Part shown: in pieces, positions 28,416 to 36,023 of the stretch
How positions within the stretch are numbered: position 1 is the stretch's first letter
How the letters are laid out: each line of letters opens with the position of its first letter
Virus record (IMG/VR): IMGVR_UViG_3300049063_000008
Location: 1-57,692 of that record
Reading direction: 5' to 3' (one strand)
From: a virus
Lineage: Duplodnaviria; Caudoviricetes
Length of the DNA: 57,692 nt
Made by a program: the position numbers and the translations under genes
Notes under the pieces: model-generated
Seen by the model: the letters and a program-made list of their open reading frames with translations, nothing else
What the model was told of the DNA's origin: nothing
Database searches by the model: none

Positions 28416-28871
28416 CTAACAGAGTACGGCGGCTTTGCCTAGAGCAATGTCTAGAGCCACGTCGGGAGTTAGCCCCGTTGCCTTAAGTGCCGAATAGGAA
28501 TTTGATGCTTTAATGCACTCAGGCTTTTTGTTACAGAATAGTACGTCTCGCCCGCCACCTTTGATTGGTTCTTCGCAACTGTGGCAGATTGGTCTAATGT
28601 CGTCAGCTACCTTCTTCTTTGCGCTTTCCAAAGAAAAGCCGGCCAACAGATATTCTTCAACTTCATCAGCGTGTTTCTCTAACCATTCCTCCTTTCTACA
28701 CGGCCAACACTTGTCTGCCTGGGCGTTCCTTTTGAAAAAGGCACCACAGGTGCAAAGTTTAAGGTCGGGGTAGTGATGAACGGTACATTGCGGGCACCAG
28801 CCAGTCTCTTCTACAAGATTAGCGTGGTGCCCACAATTAGGACAGAAATCTAAATCAGACTCTTGATCCAT
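28416..28871 (-). CDS. Multi-Zn-finger protein
   Basis: Multiple CxxC pairs. Confidence 0.65.
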   Translation of the reverse strand: MDQESDLDFCPNCGHHANLVEETGWCPQCTVHHYPDLKLCTCGAFFKRNAQADKCWPCRKEEWLEKHADEVEEYLLAGFSLESAKKKVADDIRPICHSCEEPIKGGGRDVLFCNKKPECIKASNSYSALKATGLTPDVALDIALGKAAVLC

Positions 28872-29079
28872 TAGTTGCCGCTAGAACCCGATTACGTACA
28901 GCTTGTGTACTTTGTGTAACGTAACCTTCGATCCACCTATCCTGATCCTTCTCAAATGATTCATCTAGTTCTTTTGTGCGAGTTGGATTGTGAACTGTGC
29001 AATTTCTATGGATACCTGCATCTGAACTGCACAACCACTCACAATCAAACTTTTCGTCCGGGCCTATAGATAAGGTCAT
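28855..29079 (-). CDS. Hypothetical protein
   Basis: Coupled ORF. Confidence 0.5.
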   Translation of the reverse strand: MTLSIGPDEKFDCEWLCSSDAGIHRNCTVHNPTRTKELDESFEKDQDRWIEGYVTQSTQAVRNRVLAATNGSRV

Positions 29080-29619
29080 CTAGTACCAACCATTCGCATT
29101 GTGGAATGCTAGAGCGGCGCATGATCCACCGTAACGAGTATTCACGTAGTAGATCATCCACTTTAGCTGAGTCCACGGATTAGTCATGTAGTCTTTACCC
29201 CATGGCCTCATCTTAGAAGCCGGAAGTGCCTGACCAATACCGTATGCTCCGCTACCTTGATAGTTCCAAATTGTGGGACTATACGTTCCTACTGTTTCTC
29301 TGCGGCTAATTTCTCTGAGGCAAGGATCTGGAAACGCATGTGCTCCCCACGTCGGACGTGGTGGATACAAGAGTCGTAGAGTTTCTTTACGTTCTCTTGC
29401 GAGCCACAAACGTGCGTGACAATGCCATGTTCTAGTACTGCCCTTCCCGTTGTTGCAGACGTACTTAACATGTTTGAGATTTTCTGTCTGACTTGCTAGC
29501 TGTGCCTTTAAGCTGTCGTTTTTCGGCTTAGTGACTAAATGGGCCTGTGCTGTCGGAACCCAAAATGCCACGAAACTGATGATGACAATTGTTAGCGCAT
29601 ATCTAGCTCGTTTTGACAA
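29080..29619 (-). CDS. Secreted lytic transglycosylase (lysozyme-like)
   Basis: Signal peptide ending AQA; RRET, SGAYGIGQALPASKM, TNPWTQLKW...YV..RYG...A...H...GWY. Confidence 0.85.
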   Translation of the reverse strand: MSKRARYALTIVIISFVAFWVPTAQAHLVTKPKNDSLKAQLASQTENLKHVKYVCNNGKGSTRTWHCHARLWLARERKETLRLLYPPRPTWGAHAFPDPCLREISRRETVGTYSPTIWNYQGSGAYGIGQALPASKMRPWGKDYMTNPWTQLKWMIYYVNTRYGGSCAALAFHNANGWY

Positions 29620-29646
29620 AATGCTCCTAACCTAGCTGACAGAAAG

Positions 29647-29714
29647 TTAGGAGGCAAATGACACCTAACGGGCGGTGGACGTCATTTTGTTGTTAGTTGC
29701 CACTTGCCTCCTAA
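29647..29714 (-). ncRNA. Structured RNA module (17-bp closing stem)
   Basis: TTAGGAGGCAAGTGGCA/TGTCATTTGCCTCCTAA; two G-U pairs only on the - strand. Confidence 0.6.
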
Positions 29715-29716
29715 TA

Positions 29717-29774
29717 ACCAAAGGGCGGTATTTACTGAGAGCCGTACTAACTCCCTTCAATACCGCCCTTTGGT
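29717..29774 (-). ncRNA. Structured RNA module (16-bp perfect stem)
   Basis: ACCAAAGGGCGGTATT/AATACCGCCCTTTGGT. Confidence 0.6.
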
Positions 29775-29805
29775 GAGCGCGATGAGACTTAGCCCATCGG
29801 TTAGC

Positions 29806-29834
29806 ACCCTAGCAGATGCGCTCCTTGTTGTCAA
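29806..29834 (-). promoter_or_regulatory. Promoter inside the RNA array
   Basis: TTGACA-N17-TAGGGT with extended TG. Confidence 0.7.
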
Positions 29835-29841
29835 CCCTAAT

Positions 29842-29942
29842 TGTGGCCTAGTGTGGAAATAGCCTTAACAGCCATTTCTACCCCACCCGTTCGTTCTGTC
29901 CATGAACTCGGCTGTGGGGCACTGTGGCTACACTAGGCCACA
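29842..29942 (-). ncRNA. Structured RNA module, three-way junction
   Basis: TGTGGCCTAGTGT/ACACTAGGCCACA closing stem; inner TGCCCCAC/GTGGGGTA and GAAATGGC/GCTATTTC. Confidence 0.65.
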
Positions 29943-29947
29943 TTGTA

Positions 29948-30016
29948 GAGCTACGTTAGGCAGGGAGTGTACCCCTACACTGTCTAGACACTGTATCAGC
30001 ACTTCTAACGTAGCTC
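29948..30016 (-). ncRNA. GAGCUACG-stem RNA module A
   Basis: GAGCTACGTTAG/CTAACGTAGCTC 12-bp stem. Confidence 0.65.
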
Positions 30017-30146
30017 ACGGCAGGGAGGTAAATCAAAGCCGAAGGGCATAACGGATACGTTAAGAATCTCCCTACGGACCCGGTTCATCGTGCGTATCCA
30101 ACACTTCACCGATGGTTCTTCTTTGATTTACCTGATTCCCTGCCGT
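30017..30146 (-). ncRNA. Long rod-like RNA module
   Basis: ACGGCAGGG..AGGTAAATCAAAG/CTTTGATTTACCTCCCTGCCGT plus inner GGATACG/CGTATCC. Confidence 0.65.
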
Positions 30147-30161
30147 CAACTACGTATTAGA

Positions 30162-30255
30162 ATGATAGCCTGCGAGTTGCCGAATCTCGCTACTCCATCT
30201 TAGGGGATGGTGTTATATTACCGTATTTTGCGAACTGCTTAACTAAGGCTACCAT
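30162..30255 (-). ncRNA. Multi-arm (cloverleaf-like) RNA module
   Basis: ATGGTAGCCT/AGGCTATCAT closing stem; CCATC/GATGG and GCGAG/CTCGC arms. Confidence 0.55.
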
Positions 30256-30279
30256 CTTCCGATGCGGCCACCGGATTAT

Positions 30280-30361
30280 TGAGCTACGCAACCGTCGTAC
30301 TCGGTATCCCGAATGACATACGTATATTACCTACCACAGAGATAGCGTATTGCGTAACTCA
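30280..30361 (-). ncRNA. GAG(U/C)UACG-stem RNA module B
   Basis: TGAGTTACGCAA/TTGCGTAGCTCA (U-G pair on the - strand); two inner hairpins. Confidence 0.65.
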
Positions 30362-30694
30362 TGGACGTGGCGGGAATCGAACCCGCGTCCGAACTAGCGG
30401 TATACACATTTCTTCTAGCAGCTTATCTTACGGGGGCAACTAGGTTAGCTTACCCTCCACCACTCAGTCTTTCCTGAGAGTCAACACCAATGACTGTTAG
30501 ATGGTCATTGTTTACTACGATCTGCCTAATTATGTTCCGTGGTTAGACAGCAACCAGGACTTCATCCATAACCCAATCAGGGATGAAGTCGGGGCACTTG
30601 TTATCTGCGCCGTTTGTGTGGTTTGCTAATTTAGGTGTTAGCAACCGCTGCGAACTGTGTATCCTTACTAACCCGTCGAAACCAGTACACGCCC
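30362..30694 (-). ncRNA. ssrA: tmRNA
   Basis: 5' GGGCGTG...TTCGAC; 3' GACGCGGGTTCGATTCCCGCCACGTCCA; acceptor stem with G3-U; helix 2 pairing; PK1; tag ORF 30611-30543; CCA not encoded. Confidence 0.93.
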
Positions 30695-30703
30695 TTGTAT
30701 TAC

Positions 30704-30803
30704 TGAGCTACGTCACTTGTATCTAGTTTGTGGCGATACCATTCGGCTCGGATTAGGCCACCTTTTAAGGGAAAGGCGTCTAGACCTTGAATGACGTAGC
30801 TCA
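30704..30803 (-). ncRNA. GAGCUACG-stem RNA module C
   Basis: TGAGCTACGTCA/TGACGTAGCTCA plus TCTAG/CTAGA and GTGGC/GCCAC helices. Confidence 0.65.
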
Positions 30804-30804
30804 A

Positions 30805-30913
30805 TAGCTTAGGAGAGAATCGAACTCTCAGGGGACAGATATTAGATAGTACGTTACCATGACCCACCCCTCTATCCGTACTTCACCACGTAACCAATTC
30901 GTGGGACTAAGCT
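30805..30913 (-). ncRNA. tRNA-like RNA lacking a canonical anticodon arm
   Basis: Acceptor AGCTTAG/CTAAGCT+A; D-arm CCACG-AATTGGTTA-CGTGG; T-arm GAGAG-TTCGATT-CTCTC; ~55-nt insert in place of the anticodon arm. Confidence 0.75.
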
Positions 30914-30917
30914 ACCT

Positions 30918-31034
30918 TAGAGTAGGCTACCCTTACTTTAGGACGGCGAGCCGACTAACTAAAGGTTTGGTACTTACGAGCGTCACGGTATTGAGCATTG
31001 TGTACTCACCGCTTCTTTGTTCCTACCTACTCTA
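30918..31034 (-). ncRNA. Structured RNA module
   Basis: TAGAGTAGG/CCTACTCTA closing stem; CTTTAG/CTAAAG and TGAGTA/TGCTCA arms. Confidence 0.55.
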
Positions 31035-31043
31035 GTTGTCAAG

Positions 31044-31109
31044 AGAGTGGTCATGTTTGTTGGTATGGGATTCATTTGCAGTGATAACCCACACCATCCG
31101 GCCCACTCT
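31044..31109 (-). ncRNA. Structured RNA module
   Basis: AGAGTGG/CCACTCT with inner TGGT/TGGG helices. Confidence 0.4.
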
Positions 31110-31133
31110 TTAAAACGCGGGTGGCTTTTTGCT

Positions 31134-31189
31134 GCAACTAACGAGAGAGCCACCACAACTCTCTACTGACTGAACAGTTCGTTAGTTGC
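31134..31189 (-). ncRNA. Three-way junction RNA module
   Basis: GCAACTAACGA/TCGTTAGTTGC; ACTG/CAGT; AGAGAGT/GCTCTCT. Confidence 0.55.
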
Positions 31190-31234
31190 TCTATGTGTAA
31201 CGTTTCCCCGATGCCTCGGTTACGTATAGTTCCG

Positions 31235-31423
31235 CTACACTAGACTTGTTGGTCTACGTCTGGAAGCCCATCTTTGTGGTTGCCGTCTTACTGGCCTTGT
31301 CCGCGCAGGGTTTGCCTGCTGCTCATCTAGTTGTACGTATTCGCAATCAAGGCAGTAGTGAGCCTTTGCACTATTGTCGTAGTGCAGTTCACTGTCGATG
31401 CAATATGGACAATACCTCTTCAT
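31235..31423 (-). CDS. Small Zn-ribbon protein with Arg-rich tail
   Basis: AGGAGGT RBS; CPYC...CLDC; RTRPVRRQPQRWASRRR. Confidence 0.65.
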   Translation of the reverse strand: MKRYCPYCIDSELHYDNSAKAHYCLDCEYVQLDEQQANPARTRPVRRQPQRWASRRRPTSLV

Positions 31424-31499
31424 TGCTACCTCCTGCCTTGTGTTTCTAAAGGCCACTTTGAGATTGAACTCCACAGCTTAACTGAGTGGCCTATCTTAC

Positions 31500-31802
31500 T
31501 TACGCAGACTTTCCGATAGCCTGGTTAACGAGGTAAATCTTGTCATCCTTCTTGACAACCTTAACCTCGGCAGCACCCTCCGGCGGCTCCTTACCCGACT
31601 TGGCGTTTTCGAAACCAGTCTTAACCGTCTGAGGCTTCTTCTCTGCGAAAGCACCCTCAGTCAGTGGAACCTCAACAAGCCGATAACCCGACTTAATGAA
31701 AGCATCGAGAACGAGCTTGTAATCGCCACGACCACGCGCTCCTGCAAGAATATCTGCAAGTGTAGCGTCGTCCTCAATCGGGGTGAACATGGTGCTAGAC
31801 AT
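31500..31802 (-). CDS. Hypothetical protein, paralog 1 (ncRNA-associated family)
   Basis: AAGGAGAG RBS; aligns by eye with 39547..39837. Confidence 0.75.
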   Translation of the reverse strand: MSSTMFTPIEDDATLADILAGARGRGDYKLVLDAFIKSGYRLVEVPLTEGAFAEKKPQTVKTGFENAKSGKEPPEGAAEVKVVKKDDKIYLVNQAIGKSA

Positions 31803-31865
31803 TCCGTTCTCTCCTTGTGTTGTATTGCTTGTTTGATTACTTCTATTACGGGCCAATGCGCTCTC

Positions 31866-32282
31866 CTAACTTTTACCTTCTAGCTTACGCAGCCTTGCTT
31901 CTGTTGCTGCTATGTATTTCTTTAAGTCGATTCCTTCTAGCCTCCCCTCCATGACGTTTACTCTCTGGGAGAGCCTATCAAAAGGCGTCGGCATTGTCAA
32001 GCCCTGACCTAGACCAAGTGGACGATCCATGTCCTCCAACTCCGGTCTACGGTGGAGCACAATCTGAGTACGGATTCCCCTAGAGCCACGCCGCACTTGT
32101 TCCATACAACCTAGCTCATAAAGCGTATTACACACCCTTCCGTAATTAGCATTAGAAATACCAAGTGCGGAGAATAGCTCAACTAGCTTCCCTTCCCACA
32201 CACCATCCTCTGAGGTTAGCAAAAGACCGTCATAGAGAGTTTGGCAATGACGGAGCAATGTCTCCTTAGTCAAAGCAGGCAT
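31866..32282 (-). CDS. Putative winged-helix protein
   Basis: LVELFSALGISNANYGRVCNTLYELGCMEQVRRG. Confidence 0.6.
   Translation of the reverse strand: MPALTKETLLRHCQTLYDGLLLTSEDGVWEGKLVELFSALGISNANYGRVCNTLYELGCMEQVRRGSRGIRTQIVLHRRPELEDMDRPLGLGQGLTMPTPFDRLSQRVNVMEGRLEGIDLKKYIAATEARLRKLEGKS
31972..32000 (-). promoter_or_regulatory. Intragenic promoter upstream of paralog 1 and the RNA array
   Basis: GGGC-TTGACA-N17-TAGGCT with extended TG. Confidence 0.75.
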
Positions 32283-32285
32283 AGA

Positions 32286-32618
32286 CTATGCAGCCTCTTC
32301 CAGTGGTTTCAGATTTTGTTCTCTCGACATAAGATCAAGAGATCCCATGAAGCACCATCGACACACATGGTATTCCTCAATCTCTACTGTGATCCTACTT
32401 CGCTTAGTGTCATACGGATTTCCGCTTTTATCTGTCTCGGGAATGTTCTCACCATGCAATGGAACCGTACAACTGTGAGATAGATTCTGCGGAAGTGTAA
32501 ACCAGTGTGTATTCGTACGGATTGTGTAATCCGGGCCTCCCTTCTTACGTTTTGAGCTAGCTGCCAGAATAGCAGCTTCTTGGTCGGCGTCAATTTCCTT
32601 GAACACTAACACCCCCAA
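32286..32618 (-). CDS. Hypothetical Cys/His protein
   Basis: CTVPLH...CRWC. Confidence 0.55.
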   Translation of the reverse strand: MGVLVFKEIDADQEAAILAASSKRKKGGPDYTIRTNTHWFTLPQNLSHSCTVPLHGENIPETDKSGNPYDTKRSRITVEIEEYHVCRWCFMGSLDLMSREQNLKPLEEAA

Positions 32619-32910
32619 TTCCGTAGAGGTTTTTGACGAATTCGCGCGTAGTCTCTACAGTGATTCTACGTGCATCTTTGCTCTTACCCTTCGCAATTGC
32701 ATTGATGATCCTGATTTGCAGACTTGCGAAAGCGCGCTCGTACTGAAATTCTGCTTCAACTCTGTTAATTCCCTCGGCGTAGTAAACATTCACCGATGGG
32801 TGAAGCTGGAACATCTGGCAATTGTTCTTACGACAGTAATACCGGAACATTGCTCTAAGCCACATTGCTCCCGCACGATTGGCTTCAATGAGAATCAAGA
32901 CTGTTTTCAT
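32590..32910 (-). CDS. Hypothetical protein
   Basis: ORF in the operon. Confidence 0.55.
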   Translation of the reverse strand: MKTVLILIEANRAGAMWLRAMFRYYCRKNNCQMFQLHPSVNVYYAEGINRVEAEFQYERAFASLQIRIINAIAKGKSKDARRITVETTREFVKNLYGIGGVSVQGN

Positions 32911-33430
32911 CCTGTGGGGGTTTTATGGACAACCACAATTCTAGACCAGTTCTGCTCAATGATACGTAATCCTGGCTAATTGACAGAATTAGATCACGCG
33001 GCACACCCTTCTCTACTAGACCATTGATAAGTCTTTCGCGCTGTACCTGATCCTGGCGCTCTTTTGCCTCTCTTGCTTCTCTTGCGACACGCTCTCTTTC
33101 TTCGCGCTCTAGTCTCTGCTGCTCATACTTCGCAAGTTTGGCGGCCTGTTCTGCTTCGCGCTCTTTTAGAATTCCATTGCGCTCGTTCTCGTAGTCTGTC
33201 CAGAAGTCAATGACGTCTCTAGCCTTGATTTCTACAAGGCGTAGAACATCGCCAGTTTCCTTATCGAGTTCCTCTAGCTGAACATAGGCGGTCTTGTTCT
33301 CCTTGAACATTTCCTTCTGTTTCCAAACCCTAATAACTCTGCCCTTTCGGGCATTCATTACGAAAGAGCCACGCGGCTTTGCATTTACGAATGCGTACTC
33401 TTCTCCTGCCCATAGGCTTTGTGCGTTCAA
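32885..33430 (-). CDS. Hypothetical protein with charged coiled coil
   Basis: GGAGG RBS; E/R-rich helix. Confidence 0.7.
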   Translation of the reverse strand: MNAQSLWAGEEYAFVNAKPRGSFVMNARKGRVIRVWKQKEMFKENKTAYVQLEELDKETGDVLRLVEIKARDVIDFWTDYENERNGILKEREAEQAAKLAKYEQQRLEREERERVAREAREAKERQDQVQRERLINGLVEKGVPRDLILSISQDYVSLSRTGLELWLSIKPPQDENSLDSH

Positions 33431-33699
33431 GTTAGCGGAACCTCCTCTCTTGTACCTAGTGCGTATCCTGTAATAACACTAGACATTATTGCAACCTGTA
33501 GAGCTTCTTGCGCCGTCCAACCAAACCTGAAAGCGTTTGCACTAATTTTGAGCATACGCCAATGTGCAAAATCTGCTAGATCAGCCGGTTCAAGACCCAT
33601 GCGAACTTGCCAGTACTCTAGTGTATCGACATTCTCACGCTCTAGTTGTTCGTCTTGATTCACAACTTCTGTTAGAACCTCGAATAGTTTATTGTCCAT
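33427..33699 (-). CDS. Hypothetical protein
   Basis: Coupled ORF. Confidence 0.6.
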   Translation of the reverse strand: MDNKLFEVLTEVVNQDEQLERENVDTLEYWQVRMGLEPADLADFAHWRMLKISANAFRFGWTAQEALQVAIMSSVITGYALGTREEVPLT

Positions 33700-33871
33700 T
33701 ACTGTTCGATCTTTGCCTTGTAGCCGTTGGGCAACTGATCGTTGATAACATCTTCAATATGCGACCAATTAATTTCCGTGGCAAGTTCTGAAAACCGCTC
33801 AGGAGGTACAGCATCGTCAGAACGAACTACGATATGCCGAATTGAAAAAGCTTTGGTTACGATAGATGGCA

Positions 33872-34189
33872 CTACTTATTCAACCTCCTTGCAAGATCCT
33901 TACGGTTGAAAGTTCCACAAGGCAAGCCGGGGCCGTTATCTGCCACGATATAAACATGGTCAGAGCGGTAGTCAATATACATTAGCCACTTGTCCATGAC
34001 AACTGTGGGCTTTTCCTGCTTAACTGCCTTTGCTAGTTCATCTCTAGCTTCGTCGGTGAATACACCCTTAGCTGCTGTACTACGTGCCTGATAGTTCTCA
34101 ATTGCACTATTGGGTGCAAGTGGCTTAAACAGATCGCGGGGTTCAATTGCTGGCATGGTAGTTCCGATTTCTGCGAAGTGCTCTGGCAA
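33872..34189 (-). CDS. Hypothetical protein
   Basis: ORF in the operon. Confidence 0.55.
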   Translation of the reverse strand: MPEHFAEIGTTMPAIEPRDLFKPLAPNSAIENYQARSTAAKGVFTDEARDELAKAVKQEKPTVVMDKWLMYIDYRSDHVYIVADNGPGLPCGTFNRKDLARRLNK

Positions 34190-34266
34190 TTGACTTAATC
34201 GGACGAGAATCGCCGCTTGACTTAATAGCTAGAGCCTCTTTACGGTTCTTACGGTTTCTAATTCCC

Positions 34267-34485
34267 TTACCCAAGTAGAGCCGCCTTTCTTTTCTCTCGC
34301 TTTGTCTTTCTGCGCTCTTTGCTATTTGGGCCGACAGGTACCATAACGGTACGCGGCCTACGTTCAACTACTAGATCAGTTGGAATAGGCTCATCGTCAA
34401 TGTAGAAAGCTTCTGCCATTAGATCAACCTCTGTACCTGCGCTCCATGGTCCATAAGATTTGCGTAGCACATGTTTAGTTAGCAT
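34267..34485 (-). CDS. Hypothetical protein
   Basis: ORF with basic C-terminus. Confidence 0.5.
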   Translation of the reverse strand: MLTKHVLRKSYGPWSAGTEVDLMAEAFYIDDEPIPTDLVVERRPRTVMVPVGPNSKERRKTKREKRKAALLG

Positions 34486-34574
34486 CGTATTTGTCTACAA
34501 TCTCCTGTATGATATCGTAATCCTCTTTGAGTTTCTTGCGCTCAAAACTGAATGGAGGTAGTCTATTGATATCG

Positions 34575-34838
34575 CTAGTCAGAGCCTCCAACGCCGTTCT
34601 CAGATGTAGCAGCGTCAAGTTGCTCATCAAGATCAATTGGACCCCCAACTGTAGGCTTACGTACAATACTCTGCTGTTTTCGCACAAACTTGATACCATG
34701 TTCCTTAAACGTCGTTTCTACGAAAGCAGCCAGCTTATTGAGCATTTCTTGGGCATCTTCCATAGTGCCCGTAACTTGAATACCGCCACCAAATAGGGCA
34801 GCACAGTACCAAGTGTCAGTTACCGGGCTATCTTCCAA
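34575..34838 (-). CDS. Hypothetical protein
   Basis: GGGAG RBS. Confidence 0.5.
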   Translation of the reverse strand: MEDSPVTDTWYCAALFGGGIQVTGTMEDAQEMLNKLAAFVETTFKEHGIKFVRKQQSIVRKPTVGGPIDLDEQLDAATSENGVGGSD

Positions 34839-34879
34839 ATCGCGCTCCCTTCGATTGTCCCCTAAATCTTACCATAGAC

Positions 34880-35062
34880 CTAGCTGGAAGTCAAGTGCAA
34901 CTCTGCGTTATCGTCCATATGCCTCACTGCTAGTCCTAGTTCCCCTAATGTGGGTTGTCCACATTCTGGGCAGTAGCTTGGCTTTCGTGGATTAATCCAA
35001 CAGAGTAGGAATCCGCAGCATGGCATCTGGAATAGCCGGAACGGGACTCTTTCAACTGTCAT
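34880..35062 (-). CDS. Small Zn-ribbon protein
   Basis: PCCG...CPECG. Confidence 0.6.
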   Translation of the reverse strand: MTVERVPFRLFQMPCCGFLLCWINPRKPSYCPECGQPTLGELGLAVRHMDDNAELHLTSS

Positions 35063-35149
35063 TGTGCTACCATAATTCCTAGCGCAAATCCACTAAGCCA
35101 CACTATTGCGATATTAAACCAGAAGTGCCAGTAAAGGGGATTTCTGAAC

Positions 35150-35368
35150 TTACTCTCCATATGCTGTCTCGTCTCCAAAATCGCGGTTCCTGTGAAAGTA
35201 AGGCACCACAGGGTCAGGATTACACTCTAGACACTCGATTCCTCTGTAACTTCCGTGGATGCAATAAAGCTCGGGGAACTCTTCCCATGCCATTGCTACT
35301 TCGTCAACTGCAATCCTACCTTCGTACTCAGGAGTTACGTTATCGTCTTTGTCTGAGTAAAGCATCAA
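35150..35368 (-). CDS. Small Zn-finger protein
   Basis: CIHG...CLEC. Confidence 0.55.
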   Translation of the reverse strand: MMLYSDKDDNVTPEYEGRIAVDEVAMAWEEFPELYCIHGSYRGIECLECNPDPVVPYFHRNRDFGDETAYGE

Positions 35369-35568
35369 AGATCCTCAATTCTTTTCATCAAGTCTGTCAT
35401 CGCTTTGAGCACACCGCGATAATCTTCTAATGTCATCTCTCGGTGCCGTTCAAAGTATGTGAGCAAGACTCTTACATCGCCATAGCGAAAGCGTCTATCC
35501 GAGTACGTAGCAATAAAGCTAAAATGGTCACATACATAATCTTCCTGAATTACCATTAAAGCCTCCAA
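35365..35568 (-). CDS. Hypothetical protein
   Basis: Coupled ORF. Confidence 0.5.
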   Translation of the reverse strand: MEALMVIQEDYVCDHFSFIATYSDRRFRYGDVRVLLTYFERHREMTLEDYRGVLKAMTDLMKRIEDL

Positions 35569-35849
35569 GGTCCGAAAACATTCTTGGGGTCGATTTGAGT
35601 GTAACGCTCCAAAGCGACGTACATTTGGTACATCTGGTTTCCTAGCTTTGCTTCGTTATTTGAGCGATAGTGGTCAATGCCTCCAAAATGGATTTCAACA
35701 CTGAGCATCCTACCCCACATATTCTGCCACCAACCTTCATCAAGCGTAAGACCGAGGTTGGTTGCGTGACGCGCACAGCCCTCGCAATCATCAAAGAGGA
35801 TCGTTTCCGTATCCTCCATTGTTCTCGGATGATATCTGTGACTAGCCAT
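35556..35849 (-). CDS. Hypothetical protein
   Basis: H..H...DDCEGC. Confidence 0.6.
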   Translation of the reverse strand: MASHRYHPRTMEDTETILFDDCEGCARHATNLGLTLDEGWWQNMWGRMLSVEIHFGGIDHYRSNNEAKLGNQMYQMYVALERYTQIDPKNVFGPWRL

Positions 35850-36023
35850 TAGTCGGCCAAAGTTTCAACATTGAGACTAAGCGGGCCAAGCGTGTTCATT
35901 GCCTGAACCACCTTATCGCGCTGACTATCACTAGAACAGTAGCGGCGGAGAGTAACGACCTTTGCATCCTCATCGAGAATGGTCGGCCCTTCACGAAAAG
36001 TTGCGGTAACGTTGTAGTGCATG

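Noticed and set aside
30065-30090. SRP RNA domain IV resemblance
   Set aside because: The conserved CAGG/GGAA/AGCA internal loop is not properly present
30812-30840. Glycine riboswitch-like GGAGAG...CUCUCAGG on the + strand
   Set aside because: Lacks the CCGAAG core; better explained as the reverse complement of the T-arm
31036-31042. Sixth TTGACA promoter on the - strand
   Set aside because: No -10 element at 17-bp spacing
29647-31229. CRISPR array or set of terminators
   Set aside because: No identical regularly spaced repeats, no cas operon, and no U tracts after the stems
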